A stretch of 64,000 nucleotides of DNA from positions 96,001-160,000 of the forward strand of contig JANNXA010000033.1 of assembly GCA_031409275.1 (NCBI GenBank). Reading direction: 5' to 3'. Below are positions 1-10,001 of this stretch, piece after piece. The stretch's first letter is position 1; each line of letters begins with the position of its first letter. The translations under genes and the position numbers were made by a program. Under the pieces are notes generated by a model. It saw only the letters and a list, made by a program, of their open reading frames with translations, was not told where the DNA came from and made no database searches. This stretch comes from Planctomycetota bacterium. Lineage in GTDB: Bacteria; Planctomycetota; B15-G4; SIAN01.

Positions 1-1
1 C

Positions 2-667
2 CCGCTGGTCGTCTCGGTTCATACCGTCGTCAGCACGGACTTCGCGACGTCGCTGATCCCGGGCTGGCATGCGACGATCCTGCCGCCCTACTTCGTCATC
101 GGCGCCGTCTTCTCCGGTTTCGCGATGGTGCTGACCTTGATGCTCGTGGCGCGCAAGGTGATGCACTTCGAGGCGTACATCACGCCGCGCCACGTGCATG
201 CGATGTGCAAGGTGCTGGTGTTCACCGGCAGCGTCGTCGGGCTGGCCTACCTCACCGAGTCCTTCACGGCCTGGTACTCGGGGAACCCCTACGAGCGCTT
301 CACGTTCCTGAATCGCGCCTTCGGGCCCTCGGGATGGGCGTACTGGGTGATGGTGCTGTGCAACGTCGTCTCGCCGCAGCTCCTTTGGTTCCGGCGCATT
401 CGCAACGACCTGCGCCTCGTCTTCGTGCTGTCGTTGGTGATCAACGTCGGCATGTGGTTCGAGCGGTTCGTGATCATCGTCACCTCGCTCGAACGCGACT
501 TCCTGACCTCGTCGTGGTCGCACTACACGCCGACGCTGGTGGAACTCGGCACGCTGCTCGGGAGCTTCGGCCTGTTCTTCACGCTCTTCCTGCTGTTCTG
601 CCGCTACCTGCCGATGATCGCGATCTCCGAGGTGAAGGGCGTGTTGCCAGGGAGGCACGAGCGATGA
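2..667 (+). CDS. actC: Alternative complex III subunit ActC (NrfD/PsrC family), 5'-truncated by window edge
   Basis: The frame is open from base 2: [31 protein letters not shown]...[14 protein letters not shown], which are NrfD/ActC signature segments. Multiple TM helices are present. Confidence 0.9.
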   Translation, partial: PLVVSVHTVVSTDFATSLIPGWHATILPPYFVIGAVFSGFAMVLTLMLVARKVMHFEAYITPRHVHAMCKVLVFTGSVVGLAYLTESFTAWYSGNPYERFTFLNRAFGPSGWAYWVMVLCNVVSPQLLWFRRIRNDLRLVFVLSLVINVGMWFERFVIIVTSLERDFLTSSWSHYTPTLVELGTLLGSFGLFFTLFLLFCRYLPMIAISEVKGVLPGRHER

Positions 668-1209
668 GTCGCCGCGTGCACGTCGCGCTCTTCGAGGACG
701 GAGCAGAGCTGGTGGCTGCGGCGAACGCGTGCAGCCGCCTCCGGATCCCGATCGTCGACGCCTATCTGCCGTTTCCGGTGCATGGGCTCGACGAGGCGAT
801 GGGGCTGCGGCGCTCCCGATTGCCGCTCGTCTGCTTCGGCGGCGGGCTGGTCGGCCTGTCGCTCGGTCTCGCGCTGCAGTACTGGACGTCCGCCGTCGAC
901 TGGCCTCTGAACGTCGGCGGCAAGCCGTTCCAGTCGTTCCCTGCGTTCGTGCCGGTGGCGTTCGAACTCATGGTCCTGTGCGCTGGTCTCGCGACTGCAG
1001 GCGCGCTGTTCGTGCGCTCGCGTTTGCTGCCCGGCCATGTCGGCGTGGTCGTCGATCCTCGCGTCAGCGACGACCGCTTCGTGCTGGTCGTCGCTCCGGC
1101 GGGCGCGTCGATCCGGGCCGCTGACCTGCGCGCATTGCTGATGGAGCATGGCGCGATCGAGTGCCGCGAGCAGATCGTCACCGATCGTCACGTGGAGGCG
1201 CGGTCATGA
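664..1209 (+). CDS. actD: Alternative complex III subunit ActD (DUF3341)
   Basis: ATGA overlap with the actC stop. Motifs [45 protein letters not shown]. Confidence 0.9.
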   Translation: MSRRVHVALFEDGAELVAAANACSRLRIPIVDAYLPFPVHGLDEAMGLRRSRLPLVCFGGGLVGLSLGLALQYWTSAVDWPLNVGGKPFQSFPAFVPVAFELMVLCAGLATAGALFVRSRLLPGHVGVVVDPRVSDDRFVLVVAPAGASIRAADLRALLMEHGAIECREQIVTDRHVEARS

Positions 1210-1784
1210 GCGAGTGGAAGCGCACCGGATGGGTGCTCGTCCTCGCGGCGGCGGCGCTCGCGGCGCTCCGCGCGCTGACGGTCGTCAACTCCGATCGCCG
1301 CGGCCTCGAGTTCTTCCCCGACATGGCGCGCTCCTGCGCTGCCGAGTCCTACGCGCCGAGCGATCTGCTGCCAGGCGGCACGACGCAGCAGCCGCTCGTC
1401 GTCGGAACCGTCGTGCGCGGCAGCGAACCGTTCCCGTTCGAGCCGACGCCGGCGGGCGCGATCGCTGCGGGCGAACAGCTCGCCAATCCGTTTCGCGCGG
1501 ACGATGCGGCGGCGCGCGCGCGTGGCGCCGACCGCTTCGCGAACTTCTGCGTGGTGTGCCATGGCGCCGATGGCCTCGGGCGCGGTCCGGCAGTCGCGCG
1601 CGGCATGCCGCCGCCGCCGTCGTTGCTGGCCGACCGCACGCGCGCGCTCCGCGACGGCCAGTTGTTCCACGTGCTGACTTGCGGTCAGGGCGGCATGGCG
1701 AGCTATGCCGCGGTCCTTACTCCCGCGGATCGCTGGAAGCTGATCCTGCATGTGCGCGCGCTGCAGGCTGGAGGCGCGCCATGA
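1206..1784 (+). CDS. actE: Mono-heme cytochrome c, ActE-like
   Basis: ATGA overlap, FFPDM motif, single CVVCH, G.GGM distal Met region, position after actD. Confidence 0.85.
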   Translation: MSEWKRTGWVLVLAAAALAALRALTVVNSDRRGLEFFPDMARSCAAESYAPSDLLPGGTTQQPLVVGTVVRGSEPFPFEPTPAGAIAAGEQLANPFRADDAAARARGADRFANFCVVCHGADGLGRGPAVARGMPPPPSLLADRTRALRDGQLFHVLTCGQGGMASYAAVLTPADRWKLILHVRALQAGGAP

Positions 1785-2950
1785 ATCCGTCTGGCAGCGA
1801 TCCGCTTGCGCGCGCTTCGCGCCGACTGCTCCTGGTCGGGGCGATCGCCGGGACCGTGCTCCTCGCGGGGTTCTTCGTCGATCCTCGCCGTGCGTGGACC
1901 GGCTGGTTGCTCGGCTTCCTGGCGGCAACGTGCCTCGCGTTGGCCGGGCCGCTCTTCCTTTCGCTGTTGCGAGTTTCGGGCGCGCGCTGGGCCACCGCGT
2001 TGACTCCGGTGCCGCTGGCGATGGGGAGGCTGCTCCCATGGGCAGGGCTCGCCGGAGTCGTCCTCCTGTTGGGGGTGCCGACGCTCTACGAATGGGCTCA
2101 CGGACATGGCCACGACGAGTTGCTGGCGCGCAAGGCCGCATGGTTGAACGTCCCCGCTTTCTCGGCGCGCCTGGTCGGGTGTTTCGCCGTCTGGCTGCTC
2201 TTCGAGCGCGTGCTTCGACGCAGCGAACGGAGCCCGTCCGACGCAGGGCGCCGGCAGAAGCTCGCCGCCGCCTTCATCGCGACGTTCGCGATCACGTGGT
2301 CGGTCGCGAGCATCGACTGGGTCGCATCGCTCGAGCCGCACTGGTCGAGCACGATCTTCGCGCTGCGCACCGCCACGGCGCTCGTGCTGCTCGGTCTCGC
2401 GTCCGCAACGCTGCTGGTGCTGCTCGCACGACACCACGGACCGGTCGCCGGTCGCGTCACCGCGGCCCATGTCCACGATCTCGGCAAGCTGCTGCTCTCC
2501 TTCAGCGTGCTGTGGGTCTACATCTGGTTCTGCCAGTACATGTTGATCTGGTACTCCGACCTCCCCGAAGAGGCCGTCTACTACACGCGCCGAGCGACGT
2601 CAGGCTGGCGCGCAGCCAGTTGGGCGAGCCTCTTGCTGCTCTTCTTCCTGCCGTTCCTCGCGCTGCTGTTCGAGCGTGCGCGCCGCAGCCCTGAGGTGCT
2701 CGTCCGCGTGGCATGCGTGCTGCTGGTCGGGGTGGCGCTCGATCTCTGTGTCATGGTCGGGCCCGCGAACTCGCAAGCGGGGCAGTCCATCGGCTGGCCC
2801 GAGCTCGCGGGGCTGCTTTGCGGCTTCGCGCTCTCCTTCGGCGTGATGGTGCGTGCACTTCGCCGCCTCGCGCTCGAACCAGGCCAGGCCGCGTGCCCGC
2901 AGGCCGATGCCGTCACCCGGATCGAGGTTGGGCACTCCCACGCGCACTGA
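1781..2950 (+). CDS. actF: Alternative complex III membrane subunit ActF
   Basis: ATGA overlap. Motifs DWVASLEPHWSSTIF, HDLGKLLLSFSVLWVYIWFCQYMLIWYSDLPEE. About 10 TM helices. Confidence 0.85.
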   Translation: MNPSGSDPLARASRRLLLVGAIAGTVLLAGFFVDPRRAWTGWLLGFLAATCLALAGPLFLSLLRVSGARWATALTPVPLAMGRLLPWAGLAGVVLLLGVPTLYEWAHGHGHDELLARKAAWLNVPAFSARLVGCFAVWLLFERVLRRSERSPSDAGRRQKLAAAFIATFAITWSVASIDWVASLEPHWSSTIFALRTATALVLLGLASATLLVLLARHHGPVAGRVTAAHVHDLGKLLLSFSVLWVYIWFCQYMLIWYSDLPEEAVYYTRRATSGWRAASWASLLLLFFLPFLALLFERARRSPEVLVRVACVLLVGVALDLCVMVGPANSQAGQSIGWPELAGLLCGFALSFGVMVRALRRLALEPGQAACPQADAVTRIEVGHSHAH

Positions 2951-3123
2951 CCGTGCGCCGGATTCGGGATGTGGTCCGAGTTCGGGAAGCGGCGCGCGCT
3001 CGGCGCGATTCGCCGGGGAGTCGTGCCCGAAGACCGGGTGGCAGCACCTCGATGGCAGGGCGTGCCGCGAGTCGGTCCATGGGTTGCGGTCGAGGCACCC
3101 ACCATTCACAGGAGAAGAACTCG

Positions 3124-4611
3124 ATGAGTCGAGCACCCCAACGCAAGCTCTCCCGACCGTTGATCGAACTCGCCGTCGGAGCGGCTTGCCTGTTGCAAGT
3201 GCCAGCGACGGGAGTCGTCCCTCAAGCCGCGCCGCCGGCGCCCGCGAAGCCACTCATCGAGATCGGCTGGGGTGACCACCCGCTGCGGATCGAGGGTTGG
3301 GAAGGACTCAAGTTCTGGATGGAGGGACGGTGGCGCGTCGAGCAGTGGCGTCACCTGGAGAAGCCGGGGCAGGACGGCAGCTACAACTACGAGCACACTC
3401 GCGTGCGCCAGGGCTTGTCGCAGACGCTCGGTCCAGTCGAGCTTGGCTTCGAGTGGCAGGCCGTGAACCTGTTCGGCGTCGACCCCCGCGTCCCGGCGGG
3501 CCCCGGCAAGAACTATCGCGACGCAAACAGCGGCGGCTCGCCGCAGTCGCTGTCGATTCGCCAGCTGTACGGCGCCCTCGATGTCGGGGGCCCGAAGCTG
3601 CGCGTCGGACGTCAGCTCTACGAGGACTCCGGCGGCATCAAGTGCGACGATCCGAGTTTCCAGTACGTGCGCGATCGCGGCAATGCGCGCCTGGTGGGAA
3701 CGCTCGATTGGCCGGCCAGCGGCCGGACGTTCGACGGCGTGTCGATCGGCAGCGACAGCGCCAAGTGGCTTCTGCGAGGCATCGGTTTCGAGGCCAATGA
3801 GGGCGCCTTCGACATCGACGATTCCGGCGACTCGCTCGCCGATGTCCGCATCGCGGGCGTCGAGGTCGTGAGCAAGGTCGGGACGCTGGTCCCCAACACG
3901 GAGCTACGCGCCTTCGGTTTCGACTTCCGTGACGATCGCGCGCCGACGACAGCCAAGTTCGGAGACGACCTGCAAGCCGATCTCGTCGGCGTCCAGGCGG
4001 CGTCCCGGATCAAGCTCGGGCCCGGCGCGGTCGATGGCTGGTTCTGGGCGGCACACGAATCGGGTGACGCGGGCACGCGCTCGTTGCGCGCCGGAGCGTG
4101 GATCGCCGAGGCGGGGTATCGCTTCGAGGAAGCTCCGCTGCGTCCTTGGTTGCGCATCGGCCAAGCGCGAGCCCAGGGCGATGCAAGCACGTCCGATGGC
4201 ACCGTCTCGAACTTCTACAACGGGTTGCCGACGAACCACACCTACTACGGCTACGCCGACCTGTTCGGCTTCACGAACCTGCGTGATACGTACGTCGACC
4301 TCCTTCTCGATCCTCATCCGCAGGTGCGCTTCGTGGCGGGCTGGCACGCCTTCGCGTTGCAGCACGAGAAGGGCGGGATCGTCTCCGGAAGCGGTCCGTT
4401 CACTCAAGGGTCGTTCGGCTACGCGACGCTTCCTGCGACATCACGCAACCTCGGCCGCGAGCTCGACCTGACGCTGCGTGCGACGTCTCCCGGGAAGCGG
4501 GTGTTCGCGCTGCTCGGATGGAGTCGATTCTGGGGCGGTACGGCCTACGAGCGCGCCTTCACGCGAGCGGACGTCTCCTTCACCTACCTCGAAGTGGGGT
4601 TCAAGTTCTGA
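3124..4611 (+). CDS. Outer-membrane beta-barrel, alginate-export (AlgE-like) family
   Basis: AGGAG RBS, signal peptide, motifs LRVGRQ, GRTFDG, F.NGLPTNHTYYGYADLF and LGRELDL, and a C-terminal Phe (YLEVGFKF). Confidence 0.75.
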   Translation: MSRAPQRKLSRPLIELAVGAACLLQVPATGVVPQAAPPAPAKPLIEIGWGDHPLRIEGWEGLKFWMEGRWRVEQWRHLEKPGQDGSYNYEHTRVRQGLSQTLGPVELGFEWQAVNLFGVDPRVPAGPGKNYRDANSGGSPQSLSIRQLYGALDVGGPKLRVGRQLYEDSGGIKCDDPSFQYVRDRGNARLVGTLDWPASGRTFDGVSIGSDSAKWLLRGIGFEANEGAFDIDDSGDSLADVRIAGVEVVSKVGTLVPNTELRAFGFDFRDDRAPTTAKFGDDLQADLVGVQAASRIKLGPGAVDGWFWAAHESGDAGTRSLRAGAWIAEAGYRFEEAPLRPWLRIGQARAQGDASTSDGTVSNFYNGLPTNHTYYGYADLFGFTNLRDTYVDLLLDPHPQVRFVAGWHAFALQHEKGGIVSGSGPFTQGSFGYATLPATSRNLGRELDLTLRATSPGKRVFALLGWSRFWGGTAYERAFTRADVSFTYLEVGFKF

Positions 4612-4672
4612 GCGCCGGAGCGTCTGAACGAGGCTGCACCACGGCTGACTCACCTCGACCGGAGAGTTCCCA

Positions 4673-6190
4673 GTGAACCGACGCCGCGTCCCTGAACTCA
4701 TCGACTTCGCGCAGGAACGCATCCGCAACCTGCACTTCACCTGGATCGCGTTCTTCATCTCCTTCTACATGTGGTTCAACATGGCGCCGCTCGCGACGAC
4801 CATGTTGCGCGAAGAGGGCGGAGACGGCGGTTGGCTCACGCCCGGTCACATCAAGTTGCTGGCGATCTGCAACGTCGCGCTGACGATTCCTGCGCGCATC
4901 ATCGTCGGCGCGCTGATCGACCGCTTCGGGCCGCGGCGCTGCTTCGCATGGCTGCTCATGCTCACCGCGATCCCCACGGTCACCTTCGCGCTCGGCAACT
5001 CGTTCACTCAGCTGCTGATCTCGCGCCTGCTGATGAGCACGACTGGCGCGAGCTTCGTCATCGGCATTCGCATGGTGGCGCAGTGGTTCCCGCCGAAGAC
5101 GATGGGCCGTGCCGAGGGGTTCTATGCGGGGTGGGGGAACTTCGGCTCGGCATGGGCCGCGATGACGCTGCCGTGGGTCGCGCTTGAACTCTTCGGCGGC
5201 GGGCACAGCGGCTGGCGCTACGCGCTGGCAGCGAACGGCGTGGTCGCGTTCGGCTATGGCATCGCCTACCTCTTCCTCGTCCGCGACATGCCGGAAGGCA
5301 AGAAGTTCGTCGGGGTTCACAAGGCCCAGCCCCTTCTGGTCAGCAGCCGCTGGGATCTGGTCCAGTACATCCTCTGGTCGTTCCCGTTGGTGGGGGCGCT
5401 CGGTTTCCTTGCGTGGCGGTCGGCCGGAATCCCGCTGGGCAACGGCGGCAGCGAGCGTGTTCTTTCCAGCAACATGCTGTGGCTGACGTATGGCGTGCTC
5501 GCGCTCGTCTTCATCGTGCACGTGCTGAAGAGCGTGCAGGTCAACCTCCCGCACTTGCGCGGCGGCGTCCCGGCCGACATGCGCGTGCACTTCCCGAGTG
5601 TCGCGGCGCTCAATACCACGTACTTCGCGAACTTCGGTGCCGAGCTCGCGGTCGTGTCGATGCTGCCGGCGTTCTTCGAGAAGACCTTCACGATTTCTCC
5701 CACCGTCGCAGGGCTCGTCGCTTCCTCGTTCGCCTTCGTGAACCTGTTCGCTCGACCGCTGGGCGGCCTGTTGTCGGACAACCTGAAGAACCGCAAGTGG
5801 ACCATCGTCCTCTACATGGTCGGCATCGCCGTCGGCTTCTTCGGGATGGCCTTCATCGACGGTGGCTGGCCGCTGTGGCTGGCGGTCGCGCTGACGATCG
5901 GATGCTCGATGTTCGTTCAGGGCGCCGAGGGAGCGACCTTCGCGATCATTCCGATGATCAACAAACGCATGACGGGCCAGATCGCCGGGATGGCAGGCGC
6001 CTACGGCAATGTCGGCGCGGTCGTCTATCTCGTGCTGCTGACGATGGTCGAGTCGAAGACCTTCTTCCTGCTGCTCGCGGCCGGCGCGGCAGTCAGCGTG
6101 GTCGCATGCATGCTCTGGCTGCGTGAACCCGAGGGCTCGTTCGTCGACGAAGCGGAGGCCGCCGCCGCCGAATCGGGATCAGGACACTAG
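4673..6190 (+). CDS. narK: NarK-family nitrate/nitrite MFS transporter
   Basis: LHFTWIAFFISF, GRAEGFYAGWGNFG (nitrate signature), NFGAELAVVSMLP, ARPLGGLLSD, GMAGAYGNVG. Confidence 0.92.
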   Translation: MNRRRVPELIDFAQERIRNLHFTWIAFFISFYMWFNMAPLATTMLREEGGDGGWLTPGHIKLLAICNVALTIPARIIVGALIDRFGPRRCFAWLLMLTAIPTVTFALGNSFTQLLISRLLMSTTGASFVIGIRMVAQWFPPKTMGRAEGFYAGWGNFGSAWAAMTLPWVALELFGGGHSGWRYALAANGVVAFGYGIAYLFLVRDMPEGKKFVGVHKAQPLLVSSRWDLVQYILWSFPLVGALGFLAWRSAGIPLGNGGSERVLSSNMLWLTYGVLALVFIVHVLKSVQVNLPHLRGGVPADMRVHFPSVAALNTTYFANFGAELAVVSMLPAFFEKTFTISPTVAGLVASSFAFVNLFARPLGGLLSDNLKNRKWTIVLYMVGIAVGFFGMAFIDGGWPLWLAVALTIGCSMFVQGAEGATFAIIPMINKRMTGQIAGMAGAYGNVGAVVYLVLLTMVESKTFFLLLAAGAAVSVVACMLWLREPEGSFVDEAEAAAAESGSGH

Positions 6191-6323
6191 AGCCGATCCC
6201 GGTCGGTGCGACCGAGCTCCGCGCCGCGCCGACCCCGACGATGCGAGGCGGAACGAAGCGGATGCGGCTTCGCCGCAAGCACGGTGACCGAGCGTCTCTA
6301 CCGGGATGGGCTCTTGGAGGACG

Positions 6324-7424
6324 CTACAGCCCGAACACGCGTCCGTCGTCGAGCACGTGCATGCCGGCGGCGAGCACGGCCTGCCAGGCGGAGCCGTCGA
6401 CGGTAGCGGCGGCGTTGGTGTGGTTCAGGTGGGTGAAGAAGAGCTTCTCGCGAGCGGCGGCGGGGAGCCGCGCAAATCGCTCGAGTGACTCGCGGATGAA
6501 GGGATGCGGGATCTCCTTCATGCTGCGGCCGGCGATCTCGCCATCGGCGAAGAAGCAGCCGTCGATGAGCGCGATGTCGGCCGCCGCCAACGCCTGCTCG
6601 ATGGTCCTGATGCCCCCGTTGCGCTCGGCACCGGCGGGCGGCGTCCAGGCCTCGAACGCTTCCCATTTGTCGATGTCGGGCAGGTAGAGCAGGTCGCGGT
6701 GGGGGCCGTCGATCACGAAGCCGACGGTGTCGGAGAACTCGTCGCGATGCGGCACTCGAAAACAGCGCACGCGCAGGTTGGGGGCGAGTTCGATGGCGAC
6801 TTCCGGGTCGAGCTCGTTTAGCGCCAGGCGCCCTTCGTCGACCATCAGCTTCCACGGACCGTTCGTGCGCAGGAAGTCGGCGAAGCGCGGCGTGACGAAG
6901 GTCGGCAGCTCCTTCACCGCGAACGCCTCGCGACCGAGTTCGAGCAGGCCCCCGTAGTGGCCCATGTGGGCGTGCGTCAGGAAGATGCCATCGAAGAGCG
7001 GCGGCCGCGGACCTTCCATCACGCGCGTCGTCGGGTGGCCGCGCGCGGCATCCATCTGCGCGCGCAGGTCCGGCGTGCAATCGAACAGCCAACGGCGGCC
7101 ATCGCGTGGATCGCACAGGAGCAGCGACGTGACCCGCCGCGCACGCGTCGGATCGCGCCGCGCCTCGCGGCAGCAGCCGCGCTCGCAGCCGAGGTGAGGC
7201 AGCCCACCATCCTGCGCGGTCCCGAGCACCAGCACGTAGGGAGCGTCGGAAGGGAGCGGTTCGTCGAGCGGCGCCGGCGCGACCGCGCTCGAATCGGTCG
7301 CGCTCGTCGCGCTGTTCGCTGCGCTGTTCGCCGCGTGGTTCGAGCCCGTGCAGCCCTGCAGCGGGGCGAACAGCGCAGCACCGAGCGCGGCGATGCATGC
7401 GACGAGCGCCGCCGCGCCTTTCAC
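6324..7424 (-). CDS. MBL-fold metallo-hydrolase, PqqB-like, probable lipoprotein
   Basis: VLGTAQDGGLPHLGC, FLTHAHMGHY, VPHRDEFSDT, YLPDIDKW, HLNHTN. GTG start overlaps the upstream stop, and there is a signal with LQGC. Confidence 0.85.
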   Translation of the reverse strand: MKGAAALVACIAALGAALFAPLQGCTGSNHAANSAANSATSATDSSAVAPAPLDEPLPSDAPYVLVLGTAQDGGLPHLGCERGCCREARRDPTRARRVTSLLLCDPRDGRRWLFDCTPDLRAQMDAARGHPTTRVMEGPRPPLFDGIFLTHAHMGHYGGLLELGREAFAVKELPTFVTPRFADFLRTNGPWKLMVDEGRLALNELDPEVAIELAPNLRVRCFRVPHRDEFSDTVGFVIDGPHRDLLYLPDIDKWEAFEAWTPPAGAERNGGIRTIEQALAAADIALIDGCFFADGEIAGRSMKEIPHPFIRESLERFARLPAAAREKLFFTHLNHTNAAATVDGSAWQAVLAAGMHVLDDGRVFGL

Positions 7425-8656
7425 TTCGCCGTCGCCGCGGGATCCGCCGCCGTCGTCACGGCCACCGGCGTGTCGAGCCAGCCGGCGGGTGCGCGGCTCA
7501 GTGCCAGCAGCGAGAACGCGGTGCCGTAGTGGTAGTGGTAGTTGTAGAGCGGGTAGTCCCAGAACGACCCGTCGGGTTGCCGGCAGTAGAGGACGCCGCG
7601 CGCGAGCGAGGGGTAGAGCTCTTGTTGCGCCTCGATCGGCAGCTTCTCGGCCAGCACGAGCGATGCGTAGTAGAAACCGTAGAGATAGAAGTAGCCGCTG
7701 ATGCTGTACCACGCCTCGTGTGGCACGGGTCGCCGTACGGCGATCTGCTGGAAACCCACATATCGGTTGACCAGGTTGTCGACGGCGTCGTGCCATGCGA
7801 CCTTGCGGCGCGGTGCGTGATCGAACGCGGCCAGCGCGTAGAGATTGCCGGGGGTGCGGCACGCCGAGCCCTTCGGCTCGTTGATGCCGCGCCGCGGCAT
7901 CTGCCACAGGTAGCGGCCGTAGAGGAACGACCCCTCTGGCGTCTGTCCGGCGGCGAGCCGATCGAGCGCCTTCTTCACCAGACCGGCCGGCGCCGCCTCA
8001 CCCAACCGCTGCGCGCGCTCGATGCCGATCAGCACGGTGGCGGTGGTGAAGGTCATCTCCGAGTCGCTCGGCGGAATCGACTGCAGGTCGAAGTCGAGGT
8101 AGCTGAAGCCGCCGTCGAGGATCTGGTAGCTCGGCAGGCGGTCGAGCATCGAGCGGCACGCCGCCTTCACCGCCGGCAGGCGAGTGTCATCAGGGTGGCG
8201 CAGACCCCACTCCCCCAGCGCCTGCAGGCCGTAGCCAAGCGCCCAGGTGTTGTAGAACTCCATCCCGTTCGGGCGCCCGACCTTGTGATTCGCGAGCAGG
8301 AAGTCGACCCCTTTGCTCGCGGCCGCCGCCGACGCGTCGCTGGGTCGCGCGCATTGGTCGAGCGCCATCACGCACAGCGCCGAGGTTGCGACGTGGAACG
8401 CCTCGAGCGAGCCCGGCACCGTCGCGAGGATCTCCCAACCGCGTGCGGTGTGGTGCGTCCCGAAACCGCCGTCCGCGTTCTGGTTGGCGACCAGCCAGTC
8501 GCGCCCGGTGTCGATCGCGTTCACCACTTCGCGACGAAGCGCTTCGCCGGTCAGCGCGGCCGCCGCCGGACCGAAGCCCTGGCCGACCTTCGTGTCGACG
8601 GCGCTGGCGCCATCCCCGACGGGCAGCGCCAGCGCGAGGAGCAGTGCGGCGTTCAC
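7421..8656 (-). CDS. Secreted prenyltransferase/squalene-oxidase-repeat (alpha/alpha toroid) protein
   Basis: QW-like repeats WLVANQNADGGFG, YQILDGGFSY, GQTPEGSFLY, CRQPDGSFW. GTG start overlaps the upstream stop. Confidence 0.75.
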   Translation of the reverse strand: MNAALLLALALPVGDGASAVDTKVGQGFGPAAAALTGEALRREVVNAIDTGRDWLVANQNADGGFGTHHTARGWEILATVPGSLEAFHVATSALCVMALDQCARPSDASAAAASKGVDFLLANHKVGRPNGMEFYNTWALGYGLQALGEWGLRHPDDTRLPAVKAACRSMLDRLPSYQILDGGFSYLDFDLQSIPPSDSEMTFTTATVLIGIERAQRLGEAAPAGLVKKALDRLAAGQTPEGSFLYGRYLWQMPRRGINEPKGSACRTPGNLYALAAFDHAPRRKVAWHDAVDNLVNRYVGFQQIAVRRPVPHEAWYSISGYFYLYGFYYASLVLAEKLPIEAQQELYPSLARGVLYCRQPDGSFWDYPLYNYHYHYGTAFSLLALSRAPAGWLDTPVAVTTAADPAATAK

Positions 8657-9879
8657 GTGCCGACCTTCGCTGCCGCCTCGATCACCACGGTGCAGCGCAT
8701 GCCGGCGACGAAGCTCGGTTCGGTGGCGTCGAGTTCGACGCTGCCGTCGTAGCTGTTCTCGCCCGCGGCGGCGCTGCGCGGACTCGGGAAGCGCTCGTAG
8801 CGCAGCCGTCCCACCATCGAACGCGCGCCATCGGCCGTGGGCGTGACTTTCACCGCCATCCCCTGCGTCAGCTTGAGGACGTGCGATTCGGGGATGTCGA
8901 GCGCCACCACCATCGCGCCCGGCTTCGCCACGGTGAAGAAGGTGCCGCGCGCGGCGAGCGATCCGCCGACGACATGGCGCGAAGGCGCGCGACCGGGCTT
9001 GTAGTCGTCGATGGCGCCGTGCAGCACGATGCCGGCCTGCGACGCGCGCAGGGTGAGCCGTTCGCGGTCGCGGCGCAGCTGCTCGACACGGTCGCGCGCC
9101 GCCTTCAGTTCCGGCTCGAGCCGGGAGAGCTGGTCGTCGCGGCTGCGCTTCTCCATCTCGAGTTGCCGCACCAGTCGCTCGCGCCCGGTTCGTGCGTCGC
9201 GGACCGCGCGCTTCTTCTGCTTCAGCGTCTGCGGATCGCCGACCTCCTCGTCGATGCGACGGCGCGCCTTCTGCAGCTCGTAGCCGATCTCGCTGCGCGC
9301 GAGCTGGCGGCGCGCCCGCTTCAGCACGATCTCTTCTGTGGCATCGGTGAGCTCGTCGGCGGTGTACATCTTCTCGAGCTGCGCGAGCTCGTCGCGCTGA
9401 TCCTCGAGCCCATCCTGCGTGTAGCCGTCGTTCAGCTCGATGCCGCGCCGCTTGAGCTCGATCTCCGTCTTTTCCCACAGATCGAGCGCCTTCTCGGCGT
9501 CCTCGATCGCGTCCGCCGCATCGGCGAGGCGCACGTCGAAGGCCTCGATCTCGAGCCGCGCCGATTCGCGCGTGTTCTGCTGGCGGATCTCGGTCGATCG
9601 CAGGTCGCGCTCCGCAGCGACGATCGCCTCGTCGATGGAGTCGAGTTTGCAGCGAGCCAACACATCGCCCGCGCGCACGGGGGTGCCATGCGCGACGACT
9701 TCAAGGAGCTCGAGCGGCCCCGAATAGGCTTCGAGCGCGAGCTTCACTTCGCTCGCTTCAGCGGGGACGAGCGTGCCCTGGCGTTCGAGCGGCTTCGGTG
9801 CTTCCTGCAGCGGCGCAGCGGCCAGCGGGATCGACAAGGCGCCGATGAGGGCGAAGCTCTTCCAACGGGTCGCGGACAC
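8653..9879 (-). CDS. HlyD/membrane-fusion periplasmic adaptor-like protein
   Basis: GGAGGA RBS before GTG 9879, signal peptide, lipoyl half-motifs (GTPVRAGDVL; LRASQAGIVL) flanking a long coiled coil, C-terminal GMRCTV. Confidence 0.75.
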   Translation of the reverse strand: MSATRWKSFALIGALSIPLAAAPLQEAPKPLERQGTLVPAEASEVKLALEAYSGPLELLEVVAHGTPVRAGDVLARCKLDSIDEAIVAAERDLRSTEIRQQNTRESARLEIEAFDVRLADAADAIEDAEKALDLWEKTEIELKRRGIELNDGYTQDGLEDQRDELAQLEKMYTADELTDATEEIVLKRARRQLARSEIGYELQKARRRIDEEVGDPQTLKQKKRAVRDARTGRERLVRQLEMEKRSRDDQLSRLEPELKAARDRVEQLRRDRERLTLRASQAGIVLHGAIDDYKPGRAPSRHVVGGSLAARGTFFTVAKPGAMVVALDIPESHVLKLTQGMAVKVTPTADGARSMVGRLRYERFPSPRSAAAGENSYDGSVELDATEPSFVAGMRCTVVIEAAAKVGT

Positions 9880-10001
9880 GGGGAGTCCTCCATTCGAGTT
9901 GGACAGGATCGGCGCGCGGCGAGCGGCCGCATGCGGGCCGGTATGGTACGTCGGCCTCGACGACATGGGCTGCGCTGCAGTCGAACCAGGAGTGCGTGCG
10001 G

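Noticed and set aside
6324..7424. PQQ biosynthesis locus
   Set aside because: Only a PqqB-like MBL fold is present, with no pqqA/C/D/E, and the protein appears exported.
7421..8656. Squalene-hopene cyclase or terpene cluster
   Set aside because: It is a single domain with a signal peptide, no DxDD motif and no isoprenoid genes nearby.
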